This document shows, piece after piece, positions 40,043 to 51,143 of a stretch of DNA of 64,000 nucleotides. The DNA is taken from contig CAJWOK010000004.1 in assembly GCA_913044135.1 (NCBI GenBank), positions 1,135 through 65,134 on the forward strand, read 5' to 3'. Origin of the DNA: an uncultured Gammaproteobacteria bacterium (GTDB taxonomy: Bacteria; Pseudomonadota; Gammaproteobacteria; Pseudomonadales; Azotimanducaceae). The notes beneath the pieces are model-generated. The model made no database searches, had not been told where the DNA came from, and saw only the letters and a list, made by a program, of their open reading frames with translations. A program made the position numbers and the translations under genes. Position 1 is the first letter of the stretch. Each line of letters opens with the position of its first letter.

Positions 40043-40861
40043 TCAAGGCGAGGCTTGCGTTGCCGGACCCTGGTTTGATGGCGTTTCGCTCATAGGCTGC
40101 GGACGATGCCTTTTATGCACCTCTGCCGCAAGCGCTTGATACGCTACAGCGCCTCGCGAACTTCGATCATAAAGTTGTACCGGAAGACCATGGCTAGGCG
40201 CCTCGGCCAAACGGATGTTCCGCGGTATAACTGTTCGAAACACCTGATTGCCGAAATAGTGAATCAGTTGACGGGATACGTCCCTGGTCAGCCCGTTGCG
40301 CGGGTCGTACATGGTCCGCAATAAACCGTCTATACGAAGCGATGAGTTAGTCTGCGCTCGGATACCCTCTATGGTGTCTAACAATGCCGTTAAACCTTCC
40401 AACGCAAAGTACTCACACTGCATGGGTATCAATACCCCGTTGGCAGCGGTCAGCGCATTTACCGTCAAAATATTTAAGGACGGTGGGCAATCGATAAGTA
40501 TGTAGTCATATCGTTCGGCGCTGTCTTGTAATAAAGCACGGATTCGATATTCGCGTCGTTCCATATCGAGCATCGCGACTTCCGCAGCTGTTAAATCGAG
40601 ATTAGACGGCATGACGTCAAAACGCCCGGCAGATGTCGTTACCACCTTGTCGAAAGGCTGCTCCCCTTGCAGCCATGCATAGCTGCTGTGCTGAAGATCG
40701 TTTTTATCAATACCGCTGCCCATTGTCGCGTTGCCCTGTGGATCCAAATCCAGCAACAACACTCGGGCACCTAAATCAGCCAGGCCTGCTGCCAGATTGA
40801 TACTGGTTGTGGTCTTGCCGACACCGCCTTTTTGATTAGCTACCGCTATGATTGTCATCAA
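40043..40861 (-). CDS. parA: Chromosome partitioning ATPase ParA
   Basis: NQKGGVGKTTT, DLDPQGNAT, IPRNIRLAEAPSHG. Confidence 0.98.
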   Translation of the reverse strand: MMTIIAVANQKGGVGKTTTSINLAAGLADLGARVLLLDLDPQGNATMGSGIDKNDLQHSSYAWLQGEQPFDKVVTTSAGRFDVMPSNLDLTAAEVAMLDMERREYRIRALLQDSAERYDYILIDCPPSLNILTVNALTAANGVLIPMQCEYFALEGLTALLDTIEGIRAQTNSSLRIDGLLRTMYDPRNGLTRDVSRQLIHYFGNQVFRTVIPRNIRLAEAPSHGLPVQLYDRSSRGAVAYQALAAEVHKRHRPQPMSETPSNQGPATQASP

Positions 40862-41553
40862 TGCCGCTCCATGTATTCGATGGTATGCACATCGATTAGA
40901 CCGGGTATTTGCACCTTCAGATGTCCCTCTCTCGCAAAATCCTGCTCTGCGTCAGCCTTTTGTTCAGTGCGATGAACCCTCGCTTCGTTGCTTGTCGTCG
41001 TTTCTTCCACCAACTGCGTCGAACTAAAGACTACCAAGCGCCCATGTGGGTTGAGGCTATCTCTGACCTGCGGCCAAAGCACCTGCAGCGGTGCCAAAGC
41101 GCGCGCGATGATGGTGTCAAACTCTCCTTGACGCGCCATCGGATTGTTCCAGTCAACCGTTAGCAGCGAGACATTAGAAAGGCGTAACGTATTAATCACG
41201 GTAAATAAAAATCGCTGTCTACGTTCCATTCGGTCGCATAAAACATAGTGTCGCTGCGGGTCCAATATCGCTAAAGGGAGTCCCGGCAAACCACCGCCAG
41301 TCCCTAGGTCCAACACTCGTTGGCCAACAATTAGGGACTGCGCACTACAGCTGTCCAAAATATGACGAGACACAATACGCGACATATCTCGGCGAGCAAT
41401 CATGTTCATGCCTTTATTCCACTTACTCAGCAAGCGAATGTATTCAACGACTTGATCGATTTGCGAAACAATGAACGGAATACCCAGTGCCGTTAGACCA
41501 TCGTCTAAGTCGGCTCGCCATTGGTTTTCCATATTTGAGCGGCCTGCCGTCAA
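40858..41553 (-). CDS. rsmG: 16S rRNA m7G527 methyltransferase RsmG (GidB)
   Basis: [36 protein letters not shown]. Confidence 0.95.
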   Translation of the reverse strand: MTAGRSNMENQWRADLDDGLTALGIPFIVSQIDQVVEYIRLLSKWNKGMNMIARRDMSRIVSRHILDSCSAQSLIVGQRVLDLGTGGGLPGLPLAILDPQRHYVLCDRMERRQRFLFTVINTLRLSNVSLLTVDWNNPMARQGEFDTIIARALAPLQVLWPQVRDSLNPHGRLVVFSSTQLVEETTTSNEARVHRTEQKADAEQDFAREGHLKVQIPGLIDVHTIEYMERH

Positions 41554-43412
41554 TGTGACGCCGCTTTCTTTGCATGTACCAATAAAATCGACAAAGCGGC
41601 TGGTGTCATACCAGGTATCCGCGATGCGTGCGCGAGCGAATCCGGTCGCTGTGCTGCCAACTTTTGACGAAGCTCATTAGAGAGCCCGTCAATGGATGCG
41701 AAATCTAGTTCTGTGGGGATACGCATGGTTTCATGCCGCCGAATTTTCGCTATCTCTTCATCCTGCCGCTTGATGTAACCGGCATATTTCACTTCGATAG
41801 CCAGCTGCTGCATCGCCTGCTCATCCGCCTCTTCGACAAGACCCAATACGCGCACTAAGTCGTTGGGTAAAACCTCTGGTCGCTTTAACGCCTCATGCAG
41901 TGTTGTCTCCCGGCTGAGATTCAGAACCAAAGCCTTATCGATATCGGACCCAGGAAACACCATGTCGCCCCGCAGCTTCTCTGCTAGTGCGTCAACGGCA
42001 CGTCGCTTAGCACGAAACTGTTGCAGCCGAACGTCGCCTACAAGCCCCATTTCTCGACCTAACTCGAGCAGTCGAAGGTCTGCATTGTCTTGACGCAGCC
42101 GTAATCTGAATTCTGCTCGGCTGGTAAACATCCGGTAAGGCTCGGTTGTTCCCAAGTGCACCAAGTCATCCACCATGACACCGATGTAGGCTTCATCTCG
42201 ACGCGGAATCCAGGGTGGCTTGTCCGACACCTGGCGCGCAGCGTTAATCCCGGCTAACAAACCTTGTGCTGCGGCCTCTTCGTAGCCTGTCGTGCCATTG
42301 ATCTGACCAGCGAAGAACAAGCCCTGTATTGCGCGAGTTTCTAGCGACAACTGTAAATCTCGCGGATCGAAATAGTCGTATTCAATGGCATAACCAGGGC
42401 GCGTAATATGCGCATTCTCAAAACCTTGCATAGATCGCACAAACGCTAGCTGCACGGCAAAGGGTAGGCTTGTTGAAATGCCATTTGGATATAGTTCTTG
42501 AGTCCCTAAACCTTCGGGTTCTATAAAAATCTGATGCGATGATTTTTCTGCAAAACGCACGATTTTGTCTTCTATGCTCGGGCAGTAACGCGGTCCTACG
42601 CCTTGAATATTGCCGCTATACATCGCCGAGCTTTCCAGGTTGTCCTGAATAATTTGGTGTGTCGTCGCGTTAGTGGTCGCAATGTGACAGTGCACCTGCT
42701 CTGGGTGGTCGCTACGATGGCTCAATGCTGATAAACAGGGTCGGGGATCGTCTCCCGGCTGCACTTCGAGACAACCGTAATCCACACTCCGTCCGTCTAT
42801 ACGCGGCGGCGTACCCGTTTTTAGACGGCCAACGCGGAACGGCAGGTTGCGCAAACGCGTTGCCAGCGCATTCGATGGCGGGTCGCCAGCGCGGCCACCA
42901 TCCGTTTGTTGGGTGCCGACGTGAATGGTTCCACCCAAAAAAGTGCCTGTAGTAAGGATGACCGCGCTGGCCTTGAAGGCTAACCCCATTTGGGTGATAC
43001 AGCCCGCAACGCGTTGGTCTTTTACGATCAGATCAACTACTGCTTGCTGGAAAATATCGAGGTTTTCTTGTTTGTCCAGGTGAGACCGAACCGCCTGACG
43101 ATACAATGCTCGGTCAGACTGTGCCCGCGTTGCTCGCACCGCCGGACCTTTGCTTGAGTTGAGCACGCGAAAATGGATACCAGCGAGATCTGCACAGCGC
43201 GCCATTAGCCCGTCTAATGCATCTATCTCCGAAACTAAGTGACTCTTACCTATCCCCCCGATAGCAGGGTTACAGGACATTTGCCCTATTGTTTCGATGT
43301 TTTGAGTCATTAACAGCGTTTTTGCGCCAATCCTAGCGGATGCGGCCGCGGCCTCTGTACCGGCATGACCGCCACCGATGACTATGACATCGTATTGCTC
43401 AGAGTAATTCAC
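41550..43412 (-). CDS. mnmG: tRNA uridine modification enzyme MnmG (GidA)
   Basis: [53 protein letters not shown]. Confidence 0.99.
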   Translation of the reverse strand: MNYSEQYDVIVIGGGHAGTEAAAASARIGAKTLLMTQNIETIGQMSCNPAIGGIGKSHLVSEIDALDGLMARCADLAGIHFRVLNSSKGPAVRATRAQSDRALYRQAVRSHLDKQENLDIFQQAVVDLIVKDQRVAGCITQMGLAFKASAVILTTGTFLGGTIHVGTQQTDGGRAGDPPSNALATRLRNLPFRVGRLKTGTPPRIDGRSVDYGCLEVQPGDDPRPCLSALSHRSDHPEQVHCHIATTNATTHQIIQDNLESSAMYSGNIQGVGPRYCPSIEDKIVRFAEKSSHQIFIEPEGLGTQELYPNGISTSLPFAVQLAFVRSMQGFENAHITRPGYAIEYDYFDPRDLQLSLETRAIQGLFFAGQINGTTGYEEAAAQGLLAGINAARQVSDKPPWIPRRDEAYIGVMVDDLVHLGTTEPYRMFTSRAEFRLRLRQDNADLRLLELGREMGLVGDVRLQQFRAKRRAVDALAEKLRGDMVFPGSDIDKALVLNLSRETTLHEALKRPEVLPNDLVRVLGLVEEADEQAMQQLAIEVKYAGYIKRQDEEIAKIRRHETMRIPTELDFASIDGLSNELRQKLAAQRPDSLAHASRIPGMTPAALSILLVHAKKAASH

Positions 43413-43481
43413 TTATCTTTTCTCTTCCTTTTACCTTTGCGAATTCAGCAGTGCGCGGCCCTGACCCTAATTCTGACTGGA

Positions 43482-44882
43482 TTATTTTCCGATGCAAAAC
43501 TTAGAAAAGATCTCTCCCAACAGGTCGTCGGCCGTCACGGTACCAACAATCTGTCCGAGACTCTCGTGGGCCAATCTCAACTCTTCGGCGACAATCTCCA
43601 CCGGCTGCCCCTGTTGCAGACACTGCTGGCCAGATCGAAGTGATTCGGAGCAGCTTGCTAGCAGCCTAATGTGTCGGACTCGCGCAGTGAACGGCGGTTC
43701 AGAATGAACCAGGCCCACGCTTGTATGGATCTTTTGTGTCAGTGTTTTGATACCTGTCATCTGCGTCGCTGACACGGCAACTAGCTCGCCTTCTAAATCT
43801 GCCTCTAGGTTAGCTTCGGGTTCAGTCAATAAATCGCTCTTGTTGCGAACCATTATCACTTTTGCCAACGGCGCTGCCGTCAACGCATCCGGGTTCTCCC
43901 CAACCTCAATTTGGTACTCGGCACGCAACACATCCAAATCGTGCTTAGCTGCTGCTAAAGGCTGCTCTACAGAACTGATAAACAACACTAAATCAGCACG
44001 CATTGCTTGTGCTTTAGCCCGCTCTATTCCGATCGTCTCAACCTGATCTTCGGTATCACGAAGACCGGCCGTATCGACAAGTCTTATGGGCAAACCCCCT
44101 ATGTTTAGGTCAACCTTGAGCAAATCTCGAGTTGTCCCGGGTTGATCAGTAATGATTGCTGTATCGTCGCCCGATAAAGCGTTTAATAAACTCGATTTGC
44201 CAACGTTTGGTGCGCCAATAAGCGCGACTTCGATCCCGCCGTTTAATAATCGTCCTTGTTCGGCCTTATCGAATAGTTGTTGTAACGTGTCTTGCAGCGT
44301 AGCTAATCGAGTCGTTACCTGGCTCTCTGCGAGGATGTCAACTTCTTCTTCAGGAAAGTCGATTGCAGCTTCCACTTGCATTCGTAAATCCAATAGCTGC
44401 GTGGCAACCTTTTCAACTCGTTGGGAAAACGCACCAGTTAGCGATCCCATTGCAGCTTTAGCAGCAGCAATGGAACCACTGGCTATCAGATCTGCCACAG
44501 CTTCGGCTTGGGTCAAATCCATTTTGCCATTCAAAAATGCGCGTTCGCTAAATTCTCCTGGCCTTGCCATACGAACGCCCAGGTCACCCAGTAACGACAG
44601 GATCCGCTGTTGAACCACTGGACTACCGTGCCCCTGAAACTCCAGCGTATCTTCTCCCGTAAATGAATTCGGGCCTTGGAAAAACAGAGCAATGCCTGTA
44701 TCCACTACTTCTTCGGCGTGTTTTAGCGCGACATACTCTGCGGTTCGCGACCTTAACGGTTTGCTAAAAAGTCGTTGGGCTATGGGTTCGATACCGTCGC
44801 CCGAGAGTCGAATAATGCCTACACCGCCTCGCCCGGGCGGGCTAGCGATGGCGCAAATCAGGTCTTGTGGCGGATTAACCAT
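43482..44882 (-). CDS. mnmE: tRNA modification GTPase MnmE (TrmE)
   Basis: ICAIASPPGRGGVGIIRLSG, GAPNVGKSSLLN, GTTRD, DTAGLR, IFSKFCIGK. Confidence 0.99.
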   Translation of the reverse strand: MVNPPQDLICAIASPPGRGGVGIIRLSGDGIEPIAQRLFSKPLRSRTAEYVALKHAEEVVDTGIALFFQGPNSFTGEDTLEFQGHGSPVVQQRILSLLGDLGVRMARPGEFSERAFLNGKMDLTQAEAVADLIASGSIAAAKAAMGSLTGAFSQRVEKVATQLLDLRMQVEAAIDFPEEEVDILAESQVTTRLATLQDTLQQLFDKAEQGRLLNGGIEVALIGAPNVGKSSLLNALSGDDTAIITDQPGTTRDLLKVDLNIGGLPIRLVDTAGLRDTEDQVETIGIERAKAQAMRADLVLFISSVEQPLAAAKHDLDVLRAEYQIEVGENPDALTAAPLAKVIMVRNKSDLLTEPEANLEADLEGELVAVSATQMTGIKTLTQKIHTSVGLVHSEPPFTARVRHIRLLASCSESLRSGQQCLQQGQPVEIVAEELRLAHESLGQIVGTVTADDLLGEIFSKFCIGK

Positions 44883-44897
44883 GGGCGCAAAAAGGCT

Positions 44898-46652
44898 TTA
44901 TTTCTTGCCTTGTTCGCGTTCCACCAACCGATACATATATGTTTGTTGAGCAATAGAAAGTAAGTTGTTCACCAGCCAATATAAAACCAGTCCCGCCGGG
45001 AAAAACAGGAATATCGCGGTGAAAAAGATGGGCATTAGTTTCATGATTTTGACCTGCAGCGGATCACCGACCTGAGGATTGAGCGCCTGCATAAGGTAGG
45101 TGCTGGCACCCATTAATAGCGGTAGGACAAAGTACGGGTCCATGGCAGACAAATCGGTAATCCACCAAATAAAAGGCGCTTGGCGTAGCTCTACAGATTC
45201 CAGCAAGACCCAATATAGCGCTAGAAAGATCGGCATTGGGATAAGCATCGGTAAGCACCCCCCTAACGGGTTAGCACCTTCTTTTTTGTAAAGTGCCATC
45301 ATCTCTTTCGATAACTTTTCTCTATCGTTGGCGTGACGCTTTTGCAGCGCTTTCATAGCCGGTGCGACCCGACGCATATTAGCCATAGACCGATAGCCTT
45401 TGGCTGAGATCCAGGCGAAAGAAGCCTTTACCAATACTGTCAATAAAATGATGGCTAAACCCCAATTACCGACCCAGTCAAAGAGAATTTTTAAGCCTTT
45501 AAAAAGCGGTACGGAAATCCACCAAAGAATGCCGTAATTGACCGTCAGATTGAGATTAGGCGCTATTGATTCGAGTCTGGTTTGGTCTTTTGGTCCAGCG
45601 TAGAACTGCATTTGCCAAGCACCGGTTGCACCAGCCGGTATAGTTTGCTCTGGTCCGGTTAATCCAAACAAGTAATTGCCGTCTCGACTGCGGCGAGCAA
45701 AGAACCGGCTTTCCTGACCTGCTGGTGCAACCCATGCCGAAAGGAAATAGTGTTGCAAAAAAGCGATCCATCCTCCGGTTTCGCGTTTTTCGTACGGCGA
45801 TTCATCAATATCGTCAAACTCTAGTTTCAAATATCGATCATCAGTATTGGTTGTTGCCGCACCAAGATATGGGGTCGGCGCCATCGGAAAGGATTCATCT
45901 ACCAGCGGTATACTTTTATCACGCTTTATTTGCGCAAACATACCGGCACTGAACGGCGCTTGGGATCGATTCATTACTAGATAACTGACATCAATCAGGA
46001 ATTCATTAGCCGTAAAGCTGAATATCTTTTCGATTGTTGATCCATCCATATCGTAATTCAGAACCAACTCACCACCGGCCTCCCTATTCACCGTATTTTT
46101 AGCGACTCGATAAATGGGCCGTTGGCCTTGGCTGTCGGGACCGTTCTTACCAATCAATCCGCTTTGCGCCACGTATACTTGGCTTACGTTCTGATCAAGC
46201 AGCTGATAAGCGATATCTGGATTAGTTTGATTGATCGGATAAGATGGCAATTGAACGCGAACGATGTCGCCACCACTAAGATCAATCCAAACGCGCAACG
46301 TTGACGTTTCTACTTTTATCAGCCGATTCAGATTGGCAGATGTATTTGCCCGTAGCGGATCCTGTGGCGTAGTTTGTGAAGAAGCGGAGGAAGCAGGAGC
46401 GGTGGCATCGGTTACTAATTCTTGAGCCGAAGGAATATCACTGGATATCGCATTCGACTGCATAACAGCACTTTCTACCGACGCTTGCGGACGATCGACT
46501 TGTACTGGATCAGGCCCCACAGAGGGTGCTGAAGTATATTGCGGCGCGGTTTCATTCGCCTCTCTATCTTGGTTCCAAGCTAATATGAGCAGATAGCCTG
46601 TAGCAGCCAAAGCAATCAGCAATACAATCCGCTGTATTTCAGGAGGTATCAT
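44898..46652 (-). CDS. yidC: Membrane protein insertase YidC
   Basis: FYAGPK, GNWGLAIILLT..VK, YKKEGANPLGGCLP, PAGLVLYWLVNN. Start MIPPEIQR at 46652 preferred. Confidence 0.98.
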   Translation of the reverse strand: MIPPEIQRIVLLIALAATGYLLILAWNQDREANETAPQYTSAPSVGPDPVQVDRPQASVESAVMQSNAISSDIPSAQELVTDATAPASSASSQTTPQDPLRANTSANLNRLIKVETSTLRVWIDLSGGDIVRVQLPSYPINQTNPDIAYQLLDQNVSQVYVAQSGLIGKNGPDSQGQRPIYRVAKNTVNREAGGELVLNYDMDGSTIEKIFSFTANEFLIDVSYLVMNRSQAPFSAGMFAQIKRDKSIPLVDESFPMAPTPYLGAATTNTDDRYLKLEFDDIDESPYEKRETGGWIAFLQHYFLSAWVAPAGQESRFFARRSRDGNYLFGLTGPEQTIPAGATGAWQMQFYAGPKDQTRLESIAPNLNLTVNYGILWWISVPLFKGLKILFDWVGNWGLAIILLTVLVKASFAWISAKGYRSMANMRRVAPAMKALQKRHANDREKLSKEMMALYKKEGANPLGGCLPMLIPMPIFLALYWVLLESVELRQAPFIWWITDLSAMDPYFVLPLLMGASTYLMQALNPQVGDPLQVKIMKLMPIFFTAIFLFFPAGLVLYWLVNNLLSIAQQTYMYRLVEREQGKK

Positions 46653-46662
46653 CGGTAGATCC

Positions 46663-47010
46663 CTAACAACTGTTGTTTGTTTCTGGTAGGGCGCTGGACT
46701 TAGGTTGCGTCTGTACGACTTCATTCGTTGCGCGCTCCGCAACATCACCGGGCACCGGGTCCCATCCTCCAGCGTTTAGCGGGTGGCATCTTACTAGTCG
46801 TTTAGCGCCTAACCAAGCGCCTTTTCGTAGGCCATATTTATTTATAGCGATGAGTGTGTAATCAGAGCAAGTTGGCTGGAACCTGCAGCGCGGACCGATT
46901 AGGGGACTGATGATCAGTTGGTAACTTCGAATGATGCGTGTCACGAACCACGTGAACGCGCCGCCTCGTTGGGTTTTGGTGGAAGTTGTGTCGTGCTCAC
47001 GGTTCGGCAT
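46663..47010 (-). CDS. yidD: Membrane protein insertion efficiency factor YidD
   Basis: [22 protein letters not shown]...[17 protein letters not shown]. Confidence 0.97.
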   Translation of the reverse strand: MPNREHDTTSTKTQRGGAFTWFVTRIIRSYQLIISPLIGPRCRFQPTCSDYTLIAINKYGLRKGAWLGAKRLVRCHPLNAGGWDPVPGDVAERATNEVVQTQPKSSALPETNNSC

Positions 47011-47035
47011 CAGTGTTTTCCTGAGCAGACATCAT

Positions 47036-47437
47036 TTACGCCAACTCTTTTGATAAATCTAGCAACAGCTCAGCTAACGCACTGCGCAAGTCGTCATCGC
47101 TGATCGCCGACATGACTTGAACGACTAGATCTCCATTAGGTAGCGTGCTCTGTCGACAACGAAATGATTCTCTAACTAGACGTTTTATACGATTGCGCCG
47201 TACAGCCGATTTGTTCCCTCGTTTGGGAACAACAACACCCAGTCTTGGTCGAGCTGGTCTCCTGTCAACGAACACATCATCCGGGACTAACCGGGTACCC
47301 GTACCATTGCGCGTCTGGCACAGGTTTAAAACGATAAGGCGTACTTGGTGCTTCGCTCTGCGGAATCTTCCTTGCCGAAAAACCTTCGTAAATTCTGAGG
47401 GCTTTGTTAGCCGTGCTGTTTTCGGGAAATCTTGCAA
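47036..47437 (-). CDS. rnpA: Ribonuclease P protein component
   Basis: FPKTARL...[13 protein letters not shown]...[16 protein letters not shown]; follows rpmH. Confidence 0.93.
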   Translation of the reverse strand: MQDFPKTARLTKPSEFTKVFRQGRFRRAKHQVRLIVLNLCQTRNGTGTRLVPDDVFVDRRPARPRLGVVVPKRGNKSAVRRNRIKRLVRESFRCRQSTLPNGDLVVQVMSAISDDDLRSALAELLLDLSKELA

Positions 47438-47459
47438 GCAAGTATTGTGGGTGGCTTGG

Positions 47460-47594
47460 TTAAACAGCGAGTCTCTTACGACCTTTCGCGCGTCGCGCGT
47501 TTAGCACTTTGCGTCCGCCTTTAGTTGCCATTCTGGCGCGAAAACCGTGGGTTCGCTTACGCTTTAAATTGCTTGGCTGAAAGGTTCTTTTCAT
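47460..47594 (-). CDS. rpmH: 50S ribosomal protein L34
   Basis: Manual translation [44 protein letters not shown]; below the ORF-track cutoff. Confidence 0.99.
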   Translation of the reverse strand: MKRTFQPSNLKRKRTHGFRARMATKGGRKVLNARRAKGRKRLAV

Positions 47595-47759
47595 GACTCA
47601 CTCTTTGACTTTTATTTAAAGAAGCGTGGTTAGGTTCGTTGGTGTTGATCGATGCCAAAATCAGATACCAAGACAAACTCTCTTCACTCGTTGCACCTTA
47701 TCACATGTACAACTTCTCCGGGGCCGGCGAGTGTATGAACGGCTCCTAACCCTGTCAAT

Positions 47760-47990
47760 TAAAAAGATTTATATATATATATAAAGCTTATGATGGTGGT
47801 TGTTTAGGTGGTCTAAGCGGTGGATAAGTGACGTAAGCGATTGGCAAGCAACTAAATATTTTGAGTCTTTAACTGTGCAAAATTCCCGTATATCAAGTGG
47901 ATATGGCTAAATAGTTTGTGAGCAAAAGCTTGAATCTGGAACTGTCATTAGTTATCCACAGGTTACTAAACGAGTTGCTCACATTTCTCT
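47760..47990. other. oriC: Chromosomal replication origin oriC core (DnaA boxes, DnaA-trio-like array, AT-rich DUE)
   Basis: TTATCCACA at 47952-47960, TTTTGCACA (minus) at 47874-47882, TTATCCACC (minus) at 47819-47827, and an 18-bp pure-AT palindrome at 47768-47785, between rpmH and dnaA. Confidence 0.85.
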
Positions 47991-48667
47991 CTGTTGTCGG
48001 GAACCGCCTTGTGAAGATATTCGTGTCGTAACCGTCTGAAATACATAGAGTAGATAGAAAGAACAAAAAAAGTTGGTGTTGGTTTGGATTTATGTGGTTT
48101 GAAACGCATAGAATGTTCGCAAGCACGAGAACGACGTGGAACGCGCAGATGCAGACCTAAGAAAGCGCGTTAAGGAAAAAGACGTTGGCTGAAAACGGAT
48201 GCCCGCGGGAGGGCACGCCTATCGTGCCAAAGGGAAAGAGGGTGCGTTGAGCCGGGTAGTAAACGCAAGCGAGATATCTGAGAGAGGCAGTCAAGTAAAG
48301 CAGCCTAGAAAGCCGGTCGAGAAAGCCGGTCGAGAAAGACAACTCAGTAAGGCATCAAGACAGAGGCCCACGATAAGTAGCGACGAACCGGTGTTTAAAT
48401 TGGGACCACGTAATGGATTCAGTGGCCCTTCGCGGTTGCCTTTTAGAACCATGCTTTAGATGTCAGTTTTCCGTAGCCATCGACATACGTTTTCAATCGT
48501 TTTCGATATAGAGGGACTTGGGCAGCAATGTCCGGCTGATCTGCTTTCGAGTTAACAGGCAGGTTAAAAAAGTGCAGCCAGTAAGCCGGTAGCGTAAACG
48601 CTATTCTGGCGAGTTGTTAAAACTGGCAGACAAGTAAACAAGAGATCAGGGTAGAGGTTAGTTTCTG

Positions 48668-49999
48668 GTGGGAAAGGCAATTTGGCATGAAATTTTAGGA
48701 CAGTTGGAGAATGAACTGTCGACGGATCAGTACGATACGTACATTAGGCCGTTGCACGCTTCGTTTAAAGACAGTGGCATGACTCTGATGGCCCCAAACA
48801 GATATGTTGAGAGGCACGTACGTACGATCTTTATGGACCGAATAGCAAAACATTTCGCCACTGAGAACGAAGCTTATACAGTGGATTTATCGGTGGGTGA
48901 CGTTGACGTTAAACCACTGCGAGCAAGTCGTACAATGGACTTAGGCAAGCCTGCCGGAGGTATGGGCGATACCCGTGCCACGTATAGCTTGAATCGGGAA
49001 TTCACCTTTGACACGTTCGTCGAAGGTAAGTCTAACGAAATGGCTAAGGCGGCATCTCTGCAAGTAGCTGATAATGCTGGTAAGTCTTATAACCCACTGT
49101 TGCTATACGGTGGTGTCGGCTTGGGTAAAACGCACCTTATGCAGGCGGTGGGTAATGAACTAAGCATCCGCAATCCGGACGCCAAAATCGTGTATCTTCA
49201 TTCGCAGCGTTTCGTACAAGATATGGTAAAAGCGTTGCAAACGGGGACGATGGAAGATTTCATGCAGTACTACCGTTCGGTAGATGCGTTGCTAATCGAC
49301 GACATTCAATTCTTTGCTAAGAAACTGCGCTCGCAGGAAGAGTTTTTCCACGTATTTAATGCGTTGTTGGAACGTGGTCACCAGATGATTCTGACTAGTG
49401 ATCGGTACCCGCGAGAAATCGACGGTTTGGAAGAGCGCTTACAGTCTAGATTTGTGTACGGGTTAACAGTCGAAGTTGAAGCACCAGAGCTTGAAACGCG
49501 GGTGGCGATTCTGATGAAAAAAGCGGAAGCGGAGCAAGTGGCGCTTGACCAGGGAGTCGCTTTTTTCATCGCTGAGAGAATAAGGTCCAACGTGAGAGAG
49601 CTAGAAGGTGCGTTGCGCCGCGTGATAGCCAATGCACGCTTTACTGGCAGTCGAATCAGTGTCGAGCAAGTTAAGCGCGCGCTTAGAGATCTTTTTGCTA
49701 TTCAAGATCGTCAGGTTTCCATTGATAATATTCAGCGCACTGTCGCTGAGTACTTCAATATCAAGATTGCTGATTTACTATCGAAACGTCGTAATCGGAC
49801 CATAGCCCGACCGAGGCAGTTGGCTATGGCGTTAGCGAAAGAGCTTACTAATCACTCTTTGCCTGAAATAGGCGATGCGTTCGGTGGGCGTGACCACACG
49901 ACTGTGTTGCATGCCTGTCGAAAAGTTGCCGAGCTCCGTAGTGAAACCGCCGACACGGCGGAAGACTATAAGAACTTATCCCGGTTACTAGGTGGATAG
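48668..49999 (+). CDS. dnaA: Chromosomal replication initiator DnaA
   Basis: [46 protein letters not shown]. Confidence 0.99.
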   Translation: MGKAIWHEILGQLENELSTDQYDTYIRPLHASFKDSGMTLMAPNRYVERHVRTIFMDRIAKHFATENEAYTVDLSVGDVDVKPLRASRTMDLGKPAGGMGDTRATYSLNREFTFDTFVEGKSNEMAKAASLQVADNAGKSYNPLLLYGGVGLGKTHLMQAVGNELSIRNPDAKIVYLHSQRFVQDMVKALQTGTMEDFMQYYRSVDALLIDDIQFFAKKLRSQEEFFHVFNALLERGHQMILTSDRYPREIDGLEERLQSRFVYGLTVEVEAPELETRVAILMKKAEAEQVALDQGVAFFIAERIRSNVRELEGALRRVIANARFTGSRISVEQVKRALRDLFAIQDRQVSIDNIQRTVAEYFNIKIADLLSKRRNRTIARPRQLAMALAKELTNHSLPEIGDAFGGRDHTTVLHACRKVAELRSETADTAEDYKNLSRLLGG

Positions 50000-50007
50000 G
50001 AGCATTT

Positions 50008-51111
50008 ATGAAATTTTCTGTAAATAGAGAAGAACTGCTGAAACCGTTGCAAGCGGTCACCAGTGTTGTAGAGCGTCGCCAGACCTTGCCGGTGTTAGCA
50101 AACGTTCTGGTACGAGCGGACGAATCTGGGATCGAACTTACTGGGACCGACCTTGAAGTTGAAATGGTGGCCCGAGTAGCGATGGCTGTTGAAAACCCGG
50201 GTGAAGCAACCATTCCCGCACGCAAGCTTATGGATATCTGGCGAGCGTTGCCGGATAACGCTCAGGTGACGGTTACAGTCGAAGGCGACCGAGCCGTTAT
50301 CAAGAGCGGCCGGAGTCGTTTCAATTTAGCAACATTGCCTCCGCAAGATTTCCCAAAAATAGAAGAGGGCGAGGCGGACGTAACCACTATCGTAAGTGAT
50401 AGAGCGCTTGGGCGATTGGTAGACAAAGTCAGTTTCGCTATGGCGCAGCAAGACGTGCGTTACTTCTTAAATGGTATGTTGCTAGAGCTATCGGGGGATT
50501 ATGTTCGAGCGGTCGCTACGGACGGTCATCGGTTGGCAATGTGTACGCTAAACCACCTTGTAGAGAATATTGGTCAACGTCGTCAGGCTATCGTACCTCG
50601 GAAAGCGGTGCTCGAAATCAGTCGATTGTTAGAGGGTGACGAAGAAGATATTAGCTTGCGTTTAGGGAGCAATCACCTCCGTGTTGGTAAGGGTCCATTT
50701 ACTCTGACGACAAAATTAGTAGATGGTCAGTTTCCAGACTACGATAAAGTGATCCCGAAAAACCCTGCTCATACCGTAGTGGCTGATAGAGATACGTTAC
50801 GCCAGGGTTTTCAAAGGGCCTCGATTTTATCCAATGAAAAATACCGAGGCGTGCGGCTGTTACTTGCAGATACGCAAATGACCATCAAAGCTAATAACCC
50901 AGAACAAGAAGAAGCAGAGGAAACAGTCTCTGTTGCTTATGGTGGGGAAGAGATGGAAATCGGCTTTAACGTTTCCTACCTACTGGATGTGCTGGGGGTC
51001 GTTGCAGACGAGCAAGTGACGATCAGTGTAACGGATGCAAATAGCTCTGCCCTGATTGACTCCTCGGGCGACGACGCGGCGGTGTATGTCGTTATGCCCA
51101 TGCGGCTATAG
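50008..51111 (+). CDS. dnaN: DNA polymerase III beta sliding clamp
   Basis: VERRQTLPVLAN, AMAQQDVRYFLNG, ATDGHRLA, YVVMPMRL. Confidence 0.99.
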   Translation: MKFSVNREELLKPLQAVTSVVERRQTLPVLANVLVRADESGIELTGTDLEVEMVARVAMAVENPGEATIPARKLMDIWRALPDNAQVTVTVEGDRAVIKSGRSRFNLATLPPQDFPKIEEGEADVTTIVSDRALGRLVDKVSFAMAQQDVRYFLNGMLLELSGDYVRAVATDGHRLAMCTLNHLVENIGQRRQAIVPRKAVLEISRLLEGDEEDISLRLGSNHLRVGKGPFTLTTKLVDGQFPDYDKVIPKNPAHTVVADRDTLRQGFQRASILSNEKYRGVRLLLADTQMTIKANNPEQEEAEETVSVAYGGEEMEIGFNVSYLLDVLGVVADEQVTISVTDANSSALIDSSGDDAAVYVVMPMRL

Positions 51112-51143
51112 ATGACCTTGCGAAGCAGCGATTAGAGCTGGCC

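Noticed and set aside
48131-48144. Third parS-like site (GACGTGGAAC)
   Set aside because: Only a half-site; the left arm does not match.
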